A DNA stretch of 64,000 bases from the NCBI RefSeq assembly GCF_009914755.1, contig NC_060934.1; one strand, written 5' to 3'. Source of the DNA: the human T2T-CHM13v2.0 reference genome, Homo sapiens. The translations under genes were made by a program, and so were the position numbers. This document shows positions 18,345-57,004 of the stretch, piece by piece (the first letter of the stretch is position 1; every line of letters begins with the position of its first letter). The notes below the pieces were generated by a model that was not told where the DNA came from, made no database searches, and worked only from the letters and a program-made list of their open reading frames with translations.

Positions 18345-19658
18345 GGTAGGAGTTTTTATTACACGTAAGACAGGTCTTCAAAATACCACATGTACTTTAA
18401 GAAAAAGAAAAATCAGAGGATCTGATGGGGGAATTGAAATCCTATTGCCTGTTCCCAACATACATTTCAGCATTTTCTCAACTAAATGGCAATTTCTCCG
18501 TGAACGGCGGGGCGGGGGGGCAGGGGGGAGCTGGAAAGGCGCCCCCTGCAACCCCCAGCCCTTCCTCCCTGGGAGGTCCAGGATTGCAGTATCACATTCA
18601 CATCTGCGGTCGCAGGGCCCTCACTCAGAGAAAGCATGTGTTGCCTTTTCTCTCTGAACAGAGGCTGTCTCTGCATTTAATGTACTTACTCTCTTATGTG
18701 GCCCATTAAATCATCCTTTACATTTCTTTCCTGTGTCATCCACAGCTGGTCAATATGACCAGTGAAACAGAATTCAAAGACGCCCCATCATCTTCAAAAC
18801 AGCTTAAACACGAATCCAAACGGATAGAGTCCAATACAGCTTTGCTTGTTTAGGTCACCCCCATGTGTCTCTAGAGGGAACTACTATTGCAGGTCTTTGA
18901 AACATCACCATCACTTTGAATCCACACTGCATAAGCGATTTTTGTCTACTTACAAAGAAAACCTGATGCATCTGAAGCGCCGCGGTGGCAGACACAAAAG
19001 TGACTGGGGCATCGATCCTGCCCTCAAGAAACTTGTGGTTTAACAGGGAAGAAGAGACGTGCAGAAAGAAACTTAAAGACGGCAGAAAGCAACAAATGCC
19101 CTTCCTTGCCACAGCGAACATGTTAGGAACGGGGGAAGAAGGCAGAATTAATTCCAGCAGTGAGAGCATCTAAAGAGGCTCCCTGGATGTGGCATTTGAT
19201 GTGGGCTGAAGACTGGGCCTGATTTAGGGCCATTCATTCACTCATGAAATAGTTTAAGCAGCAGTAAAATCATGTCATCAAGGCAGAAAAGTGCAGGACC
19301 TACAGATAAAATATAAGGAGGTTTGTGTTTCTGAAGCATGGAATTGTGAAGGGTGATAATGTGAATTTGGATTTGAAAGAAAGGTCGGGGCCTTGTGTAT
19401 CAAAGGAAACAAACTGTGCTTCTCCGGGTGACATAGCAGGAGCCAGAGAGGGTGTTTGAGCACAGAAGTGAGCTCACAGATTCTTTTATGTATTCAACAG
19501 TGTCATTCAACACATAGGAGTGTGGCTATCTGTGCCAGGTGCAAGGCATTGGGTACACAGTGGTGAGAAAAACACACACGGGTCCTGCTGCCACAGAACT
19601 TACAGCAGAGTCAGGAGAGAGATGATAAAGAAACATGCACACTTACAAAGCAATACCT

Positions 19659-20037
<379 letters not shown>

Positions 20038-20224
20038 TTAATTGAGATTGGGAGTTACAGAAGACCTCTCCAAGAAAATAACATTGGAACTGAGACCTGA
20101 AAGGTACATGAGTGATGTGGAGTAAAGTCTTGGGAGATGAACCTTCCATGCTTGTGTGAAGGCCCTGAAGAAGGAAGGAGTTTGCAGGGCTCAGGAGACT
20201 GGAAATTTTTGCCAGGAGCTAGGA

Positions 20225-20845
20225 ACGAGGGGTTGGGAGACGTTGGTCAAAGGGTACAAAGTCCCAGTTATGCAGGATGAATAAGTTCTGAAGACCTAAC
20301 ATACAGCCCAGTGACCATAGTGAATAACACTGAATGAACAGTATACTCGAAATTTGCTAACAGAAGAGATCTTAAGTGTTCTCATAACACACAAAACATA
20401 GCAACTGTATGAGGTGATGGGTATATTAATTAGCCTGACTGTGGTTATACATTTATCAAAATGTCACACTGTGGCTGAGTGCAGAGGCTCATACCTATAA
20501 TCCCAACATTTTGGGAAGCTGAAGCGGGTGGATTGCTTGAGGCCAGGAGTTTGAGACCAGCCTGGGCAACATAGCAAGACTGCATCTCTACAAAAAATAC
20601 AAAAATTAGCTGGGTGTGGTGGCACATGCCTGTGGTCCCAGCTACTCTGGAGGCTGAGGTGGGAGGATTGTTTGAGCCCAGGAGGTAGAAGTTGCAGTGA
20701 GTTGAGATTGCAATCCCTGCACTCCAGCCTGGGTGACACAGTGAGACCCTGCCTAAAATTAAAAAAAAAAAAAAAAACACTGTACTCCTTGAATCTGTGC
20801 CATTTTTGTTTGTCAATTATATCTCAATAAAGCCAAAAAAAAAAA
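20225..20845 (+). mobile_element. Old L1M 3' end interrupted by an AluJ (20473-20778)
   Basis: caaagggtacaaa...aaatttgctaa...gtcaattatatctcaataaagc followed by an A-tail. Confidence 0.75.
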
Positions 20846-21865
20846 AAGGGACTAGGAGAAGGCTGGTGTGAGGGGAGGGTAGGAGCAAGGAAGAGGGTGG
20901 CAGGGGATGCTCAGAGACAAATGGGCCCCTGTCACGGTGCATGGCAAGGAACCTGAGTGTTCAGTGTCATAGGGGGCTATGGAGCAACTTGATCCCATCT
21001 GCAATTTAGAAACAACACTCTGGGCACAGCATGGAGGATGCCCTGGAGGGGACAGGGACAGCTCTGGGACATCCATTAGGAGGCTTCTGCAGCTGCCAGG
21101 TGGGACTGTGGTGGCTGCAGCAAGGCAGGCATCAATGGGGTGGAGAGAAATGCTCCCAGAAGGTGAATGTGGTCACGGCAGGGCTTAGAGGAGAGAGCCT
21201 GGAGGCAGAGAGGCCAAATTAGGAGGCCACGGCAGTTGTCTTAGTGGGATACAGGAGCGAGACACGAGAGGGAAGGAGGGCCAGCATGTTGTTTGGAAAA
21301 CACCCCAGCCAACTCCTGTGGTGGTGAGGCCCCTGTTGAGGGGGAAGGCACAAGTCAGAAAGGCACTCAAGGGGTCACAAAAGCTTTGAGCCTGCATGGT
21401 TTTAGCTGGCCACAGGATCAAAGTGTGACCAGGTGAGGGCAGAGGGTGGGTTTGCACTGGGACCTCTCAACACTGGGGAGTAAAGACATGACTCAGATGG
21501 AGAGATCCAGGAGCAAGAACTCAGTCCAGACGCAGGAGTTCATTAGACTGCGATTCTCCAACTCCTGACCAAGCTGCATTTCACTTGGGGAATGGAAATG
21601 TCCTCTCGTGTCCCTGCTGGGGTGGGGCTGCAGAGGAAGGACCGAGGGTATCACTGGGGGTGGGGAGGAGATTGAGGAGGGGAAATGCAACATAAAGTCA
21701 CCCAAAGCCCAAGGAAGCTCCAACTAAGACACACAGAAATGCAAATGGAGATTAACTTCCACCTATTTTGACATTGTATTAAATTATCTTATATAATCAT
21801 CATAATAACAGCTAAACATTTGCTCAGTTTCTTCGATGTGCCAGCTCATATTATATATCCATGTA

Positions 21866-22274
21866 TGTGCTAGGCTGTTCTTGCACTGCAATAAAGAAAT
21901 ACCCAAGGTAGGGTAATTTATAAAGAAAAGAGGTTTAATTGGCTCACAGTTCTGCAGGCTGTACAGGAAGCACAGTGCTGGCATCTGCTCAGCTTCTAGG
22001 GAGGCCTCAGGAAGCTTCCGGTCATGGCAGAAGCTAAAGGGAGAGTAGGCATGTCACCTTGTGAAGCAGAAGCAAGAGAGAGAGACTCGGGGAGGAGATG
22101 CCACACACTTTTAAACAACCCGATCTTGTGTGAACTCAGAGTGAGAGCTCACGCATCGCCAAGGGGATGGCCCAAGCCATTCATGAGGGACCCGCACCCA
22201 TGGTCCCACCTCCCACATTGGGTATTACATTTCAACATGAGATTTGGGTGGGGACAAATATCCAAACTATATCA
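21866..22274 (-). mobile_element. MST-family MaLR solo LTR
   Basis: Complete LTR with 5-bp TSD ATGTA (21861-21865 and 22275-22279). Confidence 0.88.
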
Positions 22275-22315
22275 ATGTACATGCATACATTATGTAACAT
22301 TTAATATAACAATAG

Positions 22316-22815
22316 CATAACGGTGAAACAGCAAAAGAGCTAACATAACTAACTCCATTCGTTTAAGGGGACTTCACCCCTTCCTGCACATAGTCTAGGA
22401 TGATTTTGAAGCATTGAGATAATACGTAAAAACAGCAATCGTGTTGTTTTCGAAACTGACTCTGAAATTAAAGGGAAAGGTTATAAACAACTAACTACGT
22501 TTTACTAAAAATTTATAGCAGTATTGTGACCTGACCAAGGACAAGGAAGTTCCCAACCTCCTGGGACCCTTGCTTGTACCCAGATGTCTGTGGTTGTCAG
22601 TCACACCTTGGTACCAACCCCTTGCTCTTCCCTCTGCCCTTAACATAAAAAAAAGCCTAAAATTTGTGCTGACTTAAGATGGTACTTTAGGATGCTAGTC
22701 CACTATCTTCTTGATTTTGCTGGCTCTCTGAATAAACCTGCCTTTCCCTCCACCAATCCTTGTCTCTCGAGTCTGGCTTTTGAGCAGTAAGCAGACCAAC
22801 CTGGGTTAGGTTACA
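22316..22815 (+). mobile_element. ERV1-class solo LTR (subfamily not assigned)
   Basis: Ends ...gttaca; TATA-like cataaaa and AATAAA inside; 4-bp TSD ATAG. Confidence 0.65.
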
Positions 22816-22839
22816 ATAGCAAACATTTCTATCGAGCTC

Positions 22840-23000
22840 GCCCTGGCACAGTTCTAAGTTACTGATATTTATCAACGCACTCATGAGGTAGGTGGTGTTA
22901 CTATCACCATCTTACAGGCAAAGGAACTGAGACAGAGAGGTTAGGTAAAATGCTCAAGGTCACACAGCAAGTAAGTGTTGAGGCCAGGATCTGAGCTTGG
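22840..23000 (+). mobile_element. MIR
   Basis: MIR core (catcttacaggcaaaggaactgagacagagaggttagg...caaggtcacacagc); strand tentative. Confidence 0.65.
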
Positions 23001-23064
23001 CTCATCAACACGATTCTACCTCACTTTACACATCATATAATAATCTTAACTCTTGGTGTAAAAA

Positions 23065-24663
23065 TGATGGCAGCAGTGGCCCACCTGGAGCAGCTGCTGC
23101 TAAGATGCCAGCTACAGCAGGGGAGTTGCAGCTGGGGATGCATGCTCCACAGAGCCAGTGGGAGCTGGGAACAGGCAGGAGCCATGCCCCCTTCCAAGCT
23201 GCCTCCTGGGCACAGCTGCGTCTGCCCAGCCACAGCTGTGGACCCAGGCATCCCTGTGCTTTCAGGAGCCTGGGAAGCCCCCCTGCCCCCACAGGCTCAA
23301 AAGTGTCTGCTGCTGCCACCTGGCTTTTCCCTGCTCCTGGTGCCCACTGCAATTTTGGAGCAAAGTTGAGATCAAGCCCAGGCAGTGTCATGACCTGGCC
23401 GGGTGTGTGCATGCTCAGGGCAGTGCTGACATGCCAGCCTCCTGCCACCTCAGCCTCGTCCAGACTTTGAGCACTGACAGGGTATGGGAGGGAGGCTAAG
23501 GAGAGCTGAAGGCAGCTCAGTGCGGGCTGGCAGGTGCCCCTTGGCACAAACAGTCTGGGTGCTGTGGATGCCATGGATGGCAGGTTGATGGCAGCAGGAG
23601 ACAGGTAGGTTCCTAGGTGGAAAGGAGTGGGTCCCTGGTGAAACCCCACTTTCAAGCCAGGGACAGCCTGAAGCCTGGGGCCTAGGCTATCAATTCTGTG
23701 GATGGGAGCAAGAACTTATGGTGCTTTTCCTGGGCCCACCCATGGCTGCCCATGCACCATGGCTGTCATGCACTGAGTGTGTGCACTCAGCACACACTTC
23801 CTCCCCTCTGAAGTCCATAAAAACCCCAAATTCAGCCAGGCCCCAGCAGATGACAGGACAATCTGCCTGCAGATAGGAGCTACACACTCCAGGTCTCCTC
23901 TCTGCTGAGGGCTTCACAGCCAACGGGTCAACCTGTCTGTGGAAAGGACCTACCCACTTTGAGTCTCCTGAGAGCTATACTGACGCTCCATAAAGCACCT
24001 CTCTGCCTTGTTCACCTTCTAGTTGTCCATGTACCTCATTCTTCCTGGATGTGGGACAAGAACCCAGGACCCACCAAATGGTAGGACTGAAAGAGCTGTA
24101 ACACAAACAAGGCTGAAACACACACCCCTGCTGCCTCCCTTACCCCATTCACCACATTGCAGGCAACAAGAAGGAGAGAAGAAAGAAGGAGAGACCATCT
24201 GCAGCCCTTCAGGGAGCTCAGACCTAGGAGCTCCCCAGGCCAGGGCTGTGATATCCTCTTTGGGGATCTGCAGTTCCTGGTATCTCCAAGCTTCCAGATG
24301 CCACCATGTTTCCTGGTGCTCATAGTGGAAGTGACCTGTGGTACGCCTGGTCCAGCCACAGCCTCACAGGGAGCTGGCACCTGTGCTGGTTCCTGGAGCT
24401 GCCCACCACACTGCAGTAGCCAGCGTGCTTGGCTGTGCACAATGGCCGGACCCTGTGCTTGCTCGTTCATGCACCCCTTGCTGCTTCACACCTGGATTGC
24501 CCTTGGCAGGTGCAGGATCCAGGCCAGTAGCATGAGCTGAGCGCAGCCTGCCAGGCTGAGTGGGCAGAAAGAGCCCAGCAGGCCTAAGAAAAAATCAGGC
24601 AAAGGTGCCACTGGCCACAGAGGTTTCTGGGTGGCAAAGCAACACCCCAAGGATCCTGTAGCA
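23065..24663 (+). mobile_element. MER52-family ERV1 solo LTR (about 1.6 kb)
   Basis: tgatggcagcagtggccc...acaccccaaggatcctgtagca termini; GC-rich; 4-bp TSD AAAA. Confidence 0.82.
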
Positions 24664-24667
24664 AAAA

Positions 24668-24889
24668 TAAGTAGCTCAGGCCAAAATACTTAGAGTCCAT
24701 CTTTGACTCCTCTCCTTCTACTCTAGACCCAATCCATCTACAAATCCTGTCCACTCCACCTTCAAAGTATATCTAGAATCAACTGCTCACGTGCACCCCA
24801 CCAATGCCACTCTGTCCAAGACCATCCACTGTCATGTGGATGAGTGCCACTTCCGTGTAGCTAGTCTCTTGGTTTCAGCTCTTTGCCAC
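24668..24889 (+). mobile_element. L2 fragment (left part, split by the L1)
   Basis: Resembles the L2 3' region (ctttgactcctctc...caatccatc...aaatcctgtc); continues after 31139. Confidence 0.65.
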
Positions 24890-24903
24890 CTACAGTTTAT
24901 TTT
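24890..24903 (+). repeat. L1 target-site duplication, left copy (CTACAGTTTATTTT)
   Basis: Identical 14-mer at 31126-31139. Confidence 0.9.
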
Positions 24904-25122
24904 ATTATTTTTTTTTTATTATACTTTAAGTTTTAGGGTACATGTGCACATTGTGCAGGTTAGTTACATATGTATACATGTGCCTTGCTGGTGCGCTGCA
25001 CCCACTAACTCGTCATCTAGCATTAGGTATATCTCCCAATGCTATCCCTCCCCCCTCCCCCAACCCCACCACAGTCCCCAGAGTGTGATATTCCCCTTCC
25101 TGTGTCCATGTGATCTCATTGT

Positions 25123-28973
<3,851 letters not shown>

Positions 28974-29009
28974 TTAGTTGATGCAGTTTCTTCCTAGTCT
29001 CGATGGTCT

Positions 29010-30026
29010 TTACATTTTGGCATGATTTTGCAGCGGCTGGTACCGGTTGTTCCTTTCCATGTTTAGCGCTTCCTTCAGGAGCTCTTTTAGGGCAGGCCTG
29101 CTGGTGACAAAATCTCTCAGCATTTGCTTGTCTGTAAAGTCTTTTATTTCTCCTTCACTTATGAAGCTTAGTTTGGCTGGATATGAAATTCTGGGTTGAA
29201 AATTCTTTTCTTTAAGAATGTTGAATATTGGCCCCCACTCTCTTCTGGCTTGTAGGGTTTCTGCCGAGAGATCCGCTGTTAGTCTGATGGGCTTCCCTTT
29301 GAGGGTAACCCAACCTTTCTCTCTGGCTGCCCTTAACATTTTTTCCTTCATTTCAACTTTGGTGAATCTGACAATTATGTGTCTTGGAGTTGCTCTTCTT
29401 GAGGAGTATCTTTTTGGCGTTCTCTGTATTTCCTGAATCTGAATGTTGGCCTGCCTTGCTAGATTGGGGAAGTTCTCCTGGATAATATCCTGCAGAGTGT
29501 TTTCCAACTTGGTTCCATTCTCCGCATCACTTTCAGGTACACCTATCAGACGTAGATTTGGTCTTTTCACATAGTCCCATATTTCTTGGAGGCTTTGCTC
29601 ATTTCTTTTTATTCTTTTTTCTCTAAACTTCCCTTCTCGCTTCATTTCATTCATTTCATCTTCCATTGCTGATACACTTTCTTCCAGTTGATCGCATCGG
29701 CTCCTGAGGCTTCTGCATTCTTCACGTAGTTCTCGAGCCTTGGTTTTCAGCTCCATCAGCTCCTCTAAGCACTTCTCTGTATTGGTTATTCTAGTTATAC
29801 ATTCTTCTAAATTTTTTTCAAAGTTTTCAACTTCTTTGCCTTTGGTTTGAATGTCCTCCCATAGCTCAGAGTAATTTGATCATCTGAAGCCTTCTTCTCT
29901 CAGCTCGTCAAAGTCATTCTCCATCCAGCTTTGTTCCGTTGCTGGTGAGGAACTGCGTTCCTTTGGAGGAGGAGAGGCGCTCTGCTTTTTAGAGTTTCCA
30001 GTTTTTCTGTTCTGTTTTTTCCCCAT
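29010..30026 (-). pseudogene. L1 ORF1p (338 codons) with nonsense mutation at codon 49
   Basis: ATG GGG AAA AAA CAG at 30026; CGA>TGA at 29880-29882; the rest is in frame to ...QNHAKM* (ORF track 29010..29756). Confidence 0.92.
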
Positions 30027-30481
30027 CTTTGTGGTTTTATCTACTTTTGGTCTTTGATGATGGTGATGTACAGATGGGTTTTCGGTGTGGATGTCCTTTC
30101 TGTTTGTTAGTTTTCCTTCTAACAGACAGGACCCTCAGCTGCACGTCTGTTGGAATACCCTGCCGTGTGAGGTGTCAGTGTGCCCCTGCTGGGGGGTGCC
30201 TCCCAGTTAGGCTGCTCGGGGGTCAGGGGTCAGGGACCCATTTGAGGAGGCAGTCTGCCCGTTCTCAGATCTCCAGCTGCGTGCTGGGAGAACCACTGCT
30301 CTCTTCAAAGCTGTCAGACAGGGACATTTAAGTCTGCAGAGGTTACTGCTGTCTTTTTGTTTGTCTGTGCCCTGCCCCCAGAGGTGGAGCCTACAGAGGC
30401 AGGCAGGCCTCCTTGAGCTGTGGTGGGCTCCACCCAGTTCGAGCTTCCCGGCTGCTTTGTTTACCTAATCAAGCCTGGGCA

Positions 30482-30697
30482 ATGGCGGTCGGCCCTCCCC
30501 CAGCCTCGCTGCCGCCTTGCAGTTTGATCTCAGACTGCTGTGCTAGCAATCAGCGAGATTCCGTGGGCGTAGGACCCTCCGAGCCAGGTGTGGGATATAG
30601 TCTCGTGGTGCGCCGTTTTTTAAGCCGGTCTGAAAAGCGCAATATTCGGGTGGGAGTGACCCGATTTTCCAGGTGCGTCCGTCACCCCTTTCTTTGA
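30482..30697 (+). CDS. L1 ORF0, intact 71 aa, antisense in the L1 5'UTR
   Basis: gcaATGg at 30482; MAVGPPPASLPPCSLISDCCASNQRDSVGVGPSEPGVGYSLVVRRFLSRSEKRNIRVGVTRFSRCVRHPFL*. Matches primate L1 ORF0 as I recall it; expression unknown. Confidence 0.75.
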   Translation: MAVGPPPASLPPCSLISDCCASNQRDSVGVGPSEPGVGYSLVVRRFLSRSEKRNIRVGVTRFSRCVRHPFL

Positions 30698-30930
30698 CTC
30701 GGAAAGGGAACTCCCTGACCCCTTGCGCTTCCCAGGTGAGGCAATGCCTCGCCCTGCTTCGGCTCCCGCACAGTGCGCTGCACCCACTGACCTGCGCCCA
30801 CTGTCTGGCACTCCCTAGTGAGATGAACCCGGTACCTCAGATGGAAATGCAGACATCACCCGTCTTCTGCGTCGCTCACGCTGGGAGCTGTAGACCGGAG
30901 CTGTTCCTATTCGGCCATCTTGGCTCCTCC

Positions 30931-31125
30931 TGAACTTTTATGCTCTGCTTCTTCTCGAATGCTTTGCTGCTTAGAAATTTCTTCTGGCAGATACCTTAAA
31001 TCATCTCTGTCAAGTTCAAAGTTCCACAGATCTCTAGGGAACTAGTTCTGCATGGCTGGGGAGGCCTCACAATCATGGTGGAAGGCAAGGAGATGCAAAA
31101 GCATGTCTCACATAGCAGCAGGCAG
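30931..31125 (-). mobile_element. THE1 LTR fragment (31044-31125) joined to THE1-internal fragment (about 30931-31040), co-inserted with the L1
   Basis: Minus strand reads CTGCCTGCTGCTATGTGAGAC...GTGAGGCCTCCCCAGCCATGCAGAACT, then AGT, then TCCCTAGAGATCTGTGGAACTTTGAACTTG...GCAGAGCATAAAAGTTCA; lies inside the L1 TSDs. Confidence 0.85.
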
Positions 31126-31139
31126 CTACAGTTTATTTT
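31126..31139 (+). repeat. L1 target-site duplication, right copy (CTACAGTTTATTTT)
   Basis: Identical to 24890-24903; the minus strand reads TT/AAAAAT, a canonical L1 endonuclease site. Confidence 0.9.
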
Positions 31140-31672
31140 TAACATGGCATTCAGGAGAATAATTTGAACACGTAAGTTGGGTCATGTCCCAACCGTGCTA
31201 AAACTTCCTGTGGTTCTCTCTCTCTCTCAGAGTGAACAGGCCAAGCACCCATCCTCCCTCCCTCTGCTCACCCACCCTGACCTCTCGCTGTTCCCTGACC
31301 TCACTGGGTCCTCCTGCTTCTCAGCATCTGTGCTCGTTCCCGCTGCTTGGGCAGCTGTGGCCCTAGATACTTGTGTGACTCACTCCCTCGCTTCCTCTGG
31401 TCTCTGCTCAGACATCAATTTATCAATATTTCCCCAACTCCCCCACCTTGCAATAGGGTCGCATCCCTCTCCCTCTGCCCCGACCTCCTCCAAGGTTCTT
31501 CAGAGCATCCCTCACCATCTGACACATCATCTACTCTATTTTCTGCTTCCCTGCACTAGAACTCAAGCCTTCTGAGAGCAAGGACTTGCTTTTGTTCCCT
31601 GCGATAACCCCAGTGCCTAGATCTGTACCTGGCACATAATGGGCTCAACAAATATTCTTTGAAATGAATGAT
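31140..31672 (+). mobile_element. L2 fragment (right part, including the L2 3' end)
   Basis: Ends cagtgcctag...cctggcacata...ctcaacaaatat...aatgaatga, the typical L2 terminus. Confidence 0.7.
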
Positions 31673-32003
31673 AGTATTATTCTTCTCGTTTGACAGACAA
31701 GGAAACAGGCTCAGAAGTAACATGCTAAGGTCATCAACCTAGTAATATAGCAACTACCGGGAGCTGAGCCTGTCCCATCCCCTTCTCTCACTGACCTAAG
31801 TGTGAAGTCATTCCCCTCCTTCCAGTCAGGAAAAATGCCCTCCCATCTCCCACCCCACCACCACTACAGGAACTCTTCTGCAGAGGCTGTCCGGAATGTT
31901 CAAGCAAGTATCACTCTTTATGGTAGAATGTTTCATTTGACTGAAGGTTAACCTGATCAATGTCAGAATGGCAACTACTTTTCCTTTCTCCTTGAATTAT
32001 TAC

Positions 32004-32300
<297 letters not shown>

Positions 32301-32390
32301 TCTTCTTGAATTATCGAAATGTAACTGAACCTTCTCTTTGTGTTGCAGGATTAAAATTATTGTGAGATGCAGGTCATGTAGCTAAGATGC

Positions 32391-32753
32391 TGTATTAGTC
32401 CATTTTCATGCTGCTAATGAAGACACACCCAAGAATGGGTAATTTATAAATAAAAAGAGGTTTAATGAACTCACAGTTCCACGTGGCTGGGGAGGCCTTG
32501 CAATCATGGCAGAAGGCGAAAGGCACATCTTACATGGTGGCAGACAAGACAGAATGAGAACCAAGCAAAAGGGGTTTCCCCTTATAAAACCATCAGATCT
32601 TGTAAGACTTATTCATTACCATGAGAACAGTATGAGGGAACCACCCCCATGATTCAATTGTCTCCCACCAGAGCCCTCCCACAACACATGGGAATTATGG
32701 GAGCTACAATTCAAGATGAGATTTGAATGGAGACATAGAGCCGAACCATATCA
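32391..32753 (-). mobile_element. THE1 solo LTR
   Basis: tgtattagtcc...gaaccatatca, 363 bp, with 5-bp TSD GATGC on both sides. Confidence 0.9.
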
Positions 32754-33132
32754 GATGCAGATGCAGGAGGTGTAGAAGATAGGGGTGAGTGGGTACCAGC
32801 CCCTGCTGTGGCTTTGGGACTTGGCTTGATCCTTGGTCTCCTGCTCCGTCCTCATTGAGGGACAATGAATGGTGATTAGCAGCCTGGGTTCTGCAGCTGC
32901 CCCACAGCTGTCCTTCTTTAACAGCAGTTAACGAATCCAACATTAAACATTCCTCTCCCAAGCGACTTCTTGCCCCCCTAGATGGTGTCTATCACTGTCA
33001 CTATCACGATCCTTTAACTTTTCAAGCTCATTTAAAGTGTTATCTGTAACCAGGATGCCGTGAAACACATACCTCTTCATCAGTTTACACAGCTCTTCCA
33101 GACCTTACCTGAAGTTACTGAGTCTGTTTTGA

Positions 33133-33534
<402 letters not shown>

Positions 33535-34754
33535 TAATTTTCACCCAACTCAAGGTCTGGGTCCTTGTGAAGACATTTAAGTTTGCAAGAGGCACGTGGG
33601 TAATGACTGGTGGATTATTAATAAAATACAGAATAATAAAACCAGGACATGGCCAAGCATCTGCAGCTGTGTGGACCAATGAAAATCTGAAATCTTTCTG
33701 GTTTATGGGCGCTTGATCCTCCTTTGGCTTTGTGGGGCTGGGGGGGACAGATGTGGAGTGGAGGATGAGGGTGGGAAACTGGAATCTGATCATGTTACAT
33801 GCCCAAGGGCTCTCACTGAAAGTAGGCCTCACCATCTTCCCCATTGCACCTCTGAACCATGTCATTACATGTCTACCTTAGAAAGGCCTGAAATTAAAAA
33901 ATAATAATAAATAAAAAATAAATTCAAAAACCACTCCATAAGAAGCTGAAAATCTGTACTTCACATTTCTTTCCCTGAGCCCTGAGGTGGTCTAAGTCTT
34001 CCTTCATTCATTCCCACGGCCTCCCGGGAACCGTGTCTTCATCCTGAGTTATTTCTGCAGTGTTCCATCAGGCATCTGCGGGTCTTTAAAGGAAATGTGA
34101 AAAGGTAGCAAAGACACATCTGTGCAGCAGAGACATGTGGCACAGGAAAGAAGTGCAGAAATCAAAGCCAGGGAGAAGCCTGCTAGCCACCTAGAAATCA
34201 AATTGTGTCAGGGAGAAGGCCTGCGTGGAAAATAGATTAGAAAGGCACTGAACAAGAGAGAAGAAAGAAAGGCAGCCCCTGCAAAAGTTAATGAGAAAGA
34301 GAGGAGGCCGGGAGAAGCAGCCTGAATTTGAAAAGAGTCCTGCACTGCTTGAGGAAGGACTCAAGATTCAGTAAGTTCTATCGACTTCTGCCTGGGTAAT
34401 GCGGTGGCCGTCCACCTGCATGTCCCTCTTTGCTCACCACGCTCAAACTGGGGGCTGCAGGCTCTGAAAGAAAACCAGGGAGGAGGGAGACATGAAAGGA
34501 ATGGGAACGCAGGCCTAGGACTTCAGATGAGAGGGGACCCTCCATCCACAGCGCCATCCTTCATCTGACCTCCAGCCCCGTCCTGACTCTGTAACTACTG
34601 GGCCTGGTGCCAACAGGGCTGGTGAAATTGGTGGGAACTGCGATAATGATACCTGCCTGGACGACCCCGAATGTTGAAAGAGACGGCATAGGTACAGGAA
34701 CTGGCAGAGTGGGGCTCCACAAAGAGCGACCTGTTATTATTAAATCAAATGTAG

Positions 34755-35078
<324 letters not shown>

Positions 35079-35780
35079 GTCTTTCCATTTTCATCTGCGC
35101 AGTCCAGGCTCGGAGTGCTCTCCTAGCTCCTTCGTCTTCCCGAAACCCCGTGTATCAGTTCCCTCTTGCACCAGCTCCCCTGTGGAGTGGGGCCTCCTCA
35201 TCTCCTCCCAGCCAGCGAAAGTCATCTTAGTAAGAGACCAGCAGTGACCCTAAGCCCTCGGGGCGGTCACTTTTATCAGGCTCTGCGACCCCCGTGCTCC
35301 CCCGTGCTCGGCCTCGTCGGTGGCACTTGGCATGACTGGGAGATCAAGCTCAGGTGTTCCGGAAATTTAACTTTATTTTGTTTATGAACTCACTTTCCAT
35401 TTCCAGATACCTGGAGGCAGAAACTTAAAGTGTGGACCCCCAGCGTCTGGATGAGAGGACACAAAGGATTAAAAAGTCAACATCCGCGCAGCCAGGCCCC
35501 CCACGTGCTCGCCCTCCAGGCTCGGGGCGTTTCCCAGGCAGGTAGGGGAGCGGTTGCTAACAGTGCAGCGCCAATCACCCCTGACGCTCGTTTTCCTAAT
35601 GCAGGCAAACGCCACATTCCCGGTGTTGGTGCAAAAAGAAATCATCCTACTCCTCCCCTCGCTTAAACTTTCCCACAGGCCTTGTCAAACAACCCCTGGA
35701 GCCGGCCTGCAGGTTTTCAATGCGCGCCTTTCACCGTGCGGGGCGCGGCGGGGAGCGGCGAGCCGGGGGCGGGCCTCGTG

Positions 35781-35850
35781 GGGGCGGGGCGGGGCGTGCC
35801 GGGGCGGGGCGGGGCGTGCCGGGGCGGGGCGGGGCGTGCCGGGGCGGGGC
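35781..35850 (+). repeat. Promoter minisatellite (GGGGCGGGGCGGGGCGTGCC) x3.5
   Basis: Perfect 20-bp unit read directly from the sequence. Confidence 0.95.
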
Positions 35851-35928
35851 GTAGTACGGACTGGGCCTGGCCTGGGGCGTCCCCGCGAAGCCTGGGCCTG
35901 TCAGGCGGTTCCGTCCGGGTCTCGGCCA

Positions 35929-35953
35929 CCGTCGAGTTCCGTCGAGTTCCGTC
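35929..35953 (+). repeat. 10-bp tandem duplication (CCGTCGAGTT) x2.5 near the probable transcription start
   Basis: ccgtcgagttccgtcgagttccgtc read directly. Confidence 0.85.
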
Positions 35954-36045
35954 CCGGCCCTGCTCACAGCAGCGCCCTCGGAGCGCCCAGCACCTGCGGC
36001 CGGCCAGGCAGCGCGATCCTGCGGCGTCTGGCCATCCCGAATGCT

Positions 36046-57004
<20,959 letters not shown>

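Noticed and set aside
22997-24540. Several 100-209 aa ORFs on both strands
   Set aside because: All lie within the GC-rich MER52 LTR and show no recognisable domain.
32391-32753. The neighbouring THE1 solo LTR as the source of the 195-bp L1 leader
   Set aside because: Its sequence differs clearly from the leader (ggccttgcaatcatggcagaaggcgaaaggcacatc versus ggcctcacaatcatggtggaaggcaaggagatgcaaaagcatgtc), and it is a solo LTR with its own TSD and no internal sequence.
35552-35590. RFX-like GTTGCTAA, CCAAT and half-CRE as an MHC-II-style SXY module
   Set aside because: Order and orientation do not match the X1-X2-Y arrangement; treated as ordinary promoter motifs.
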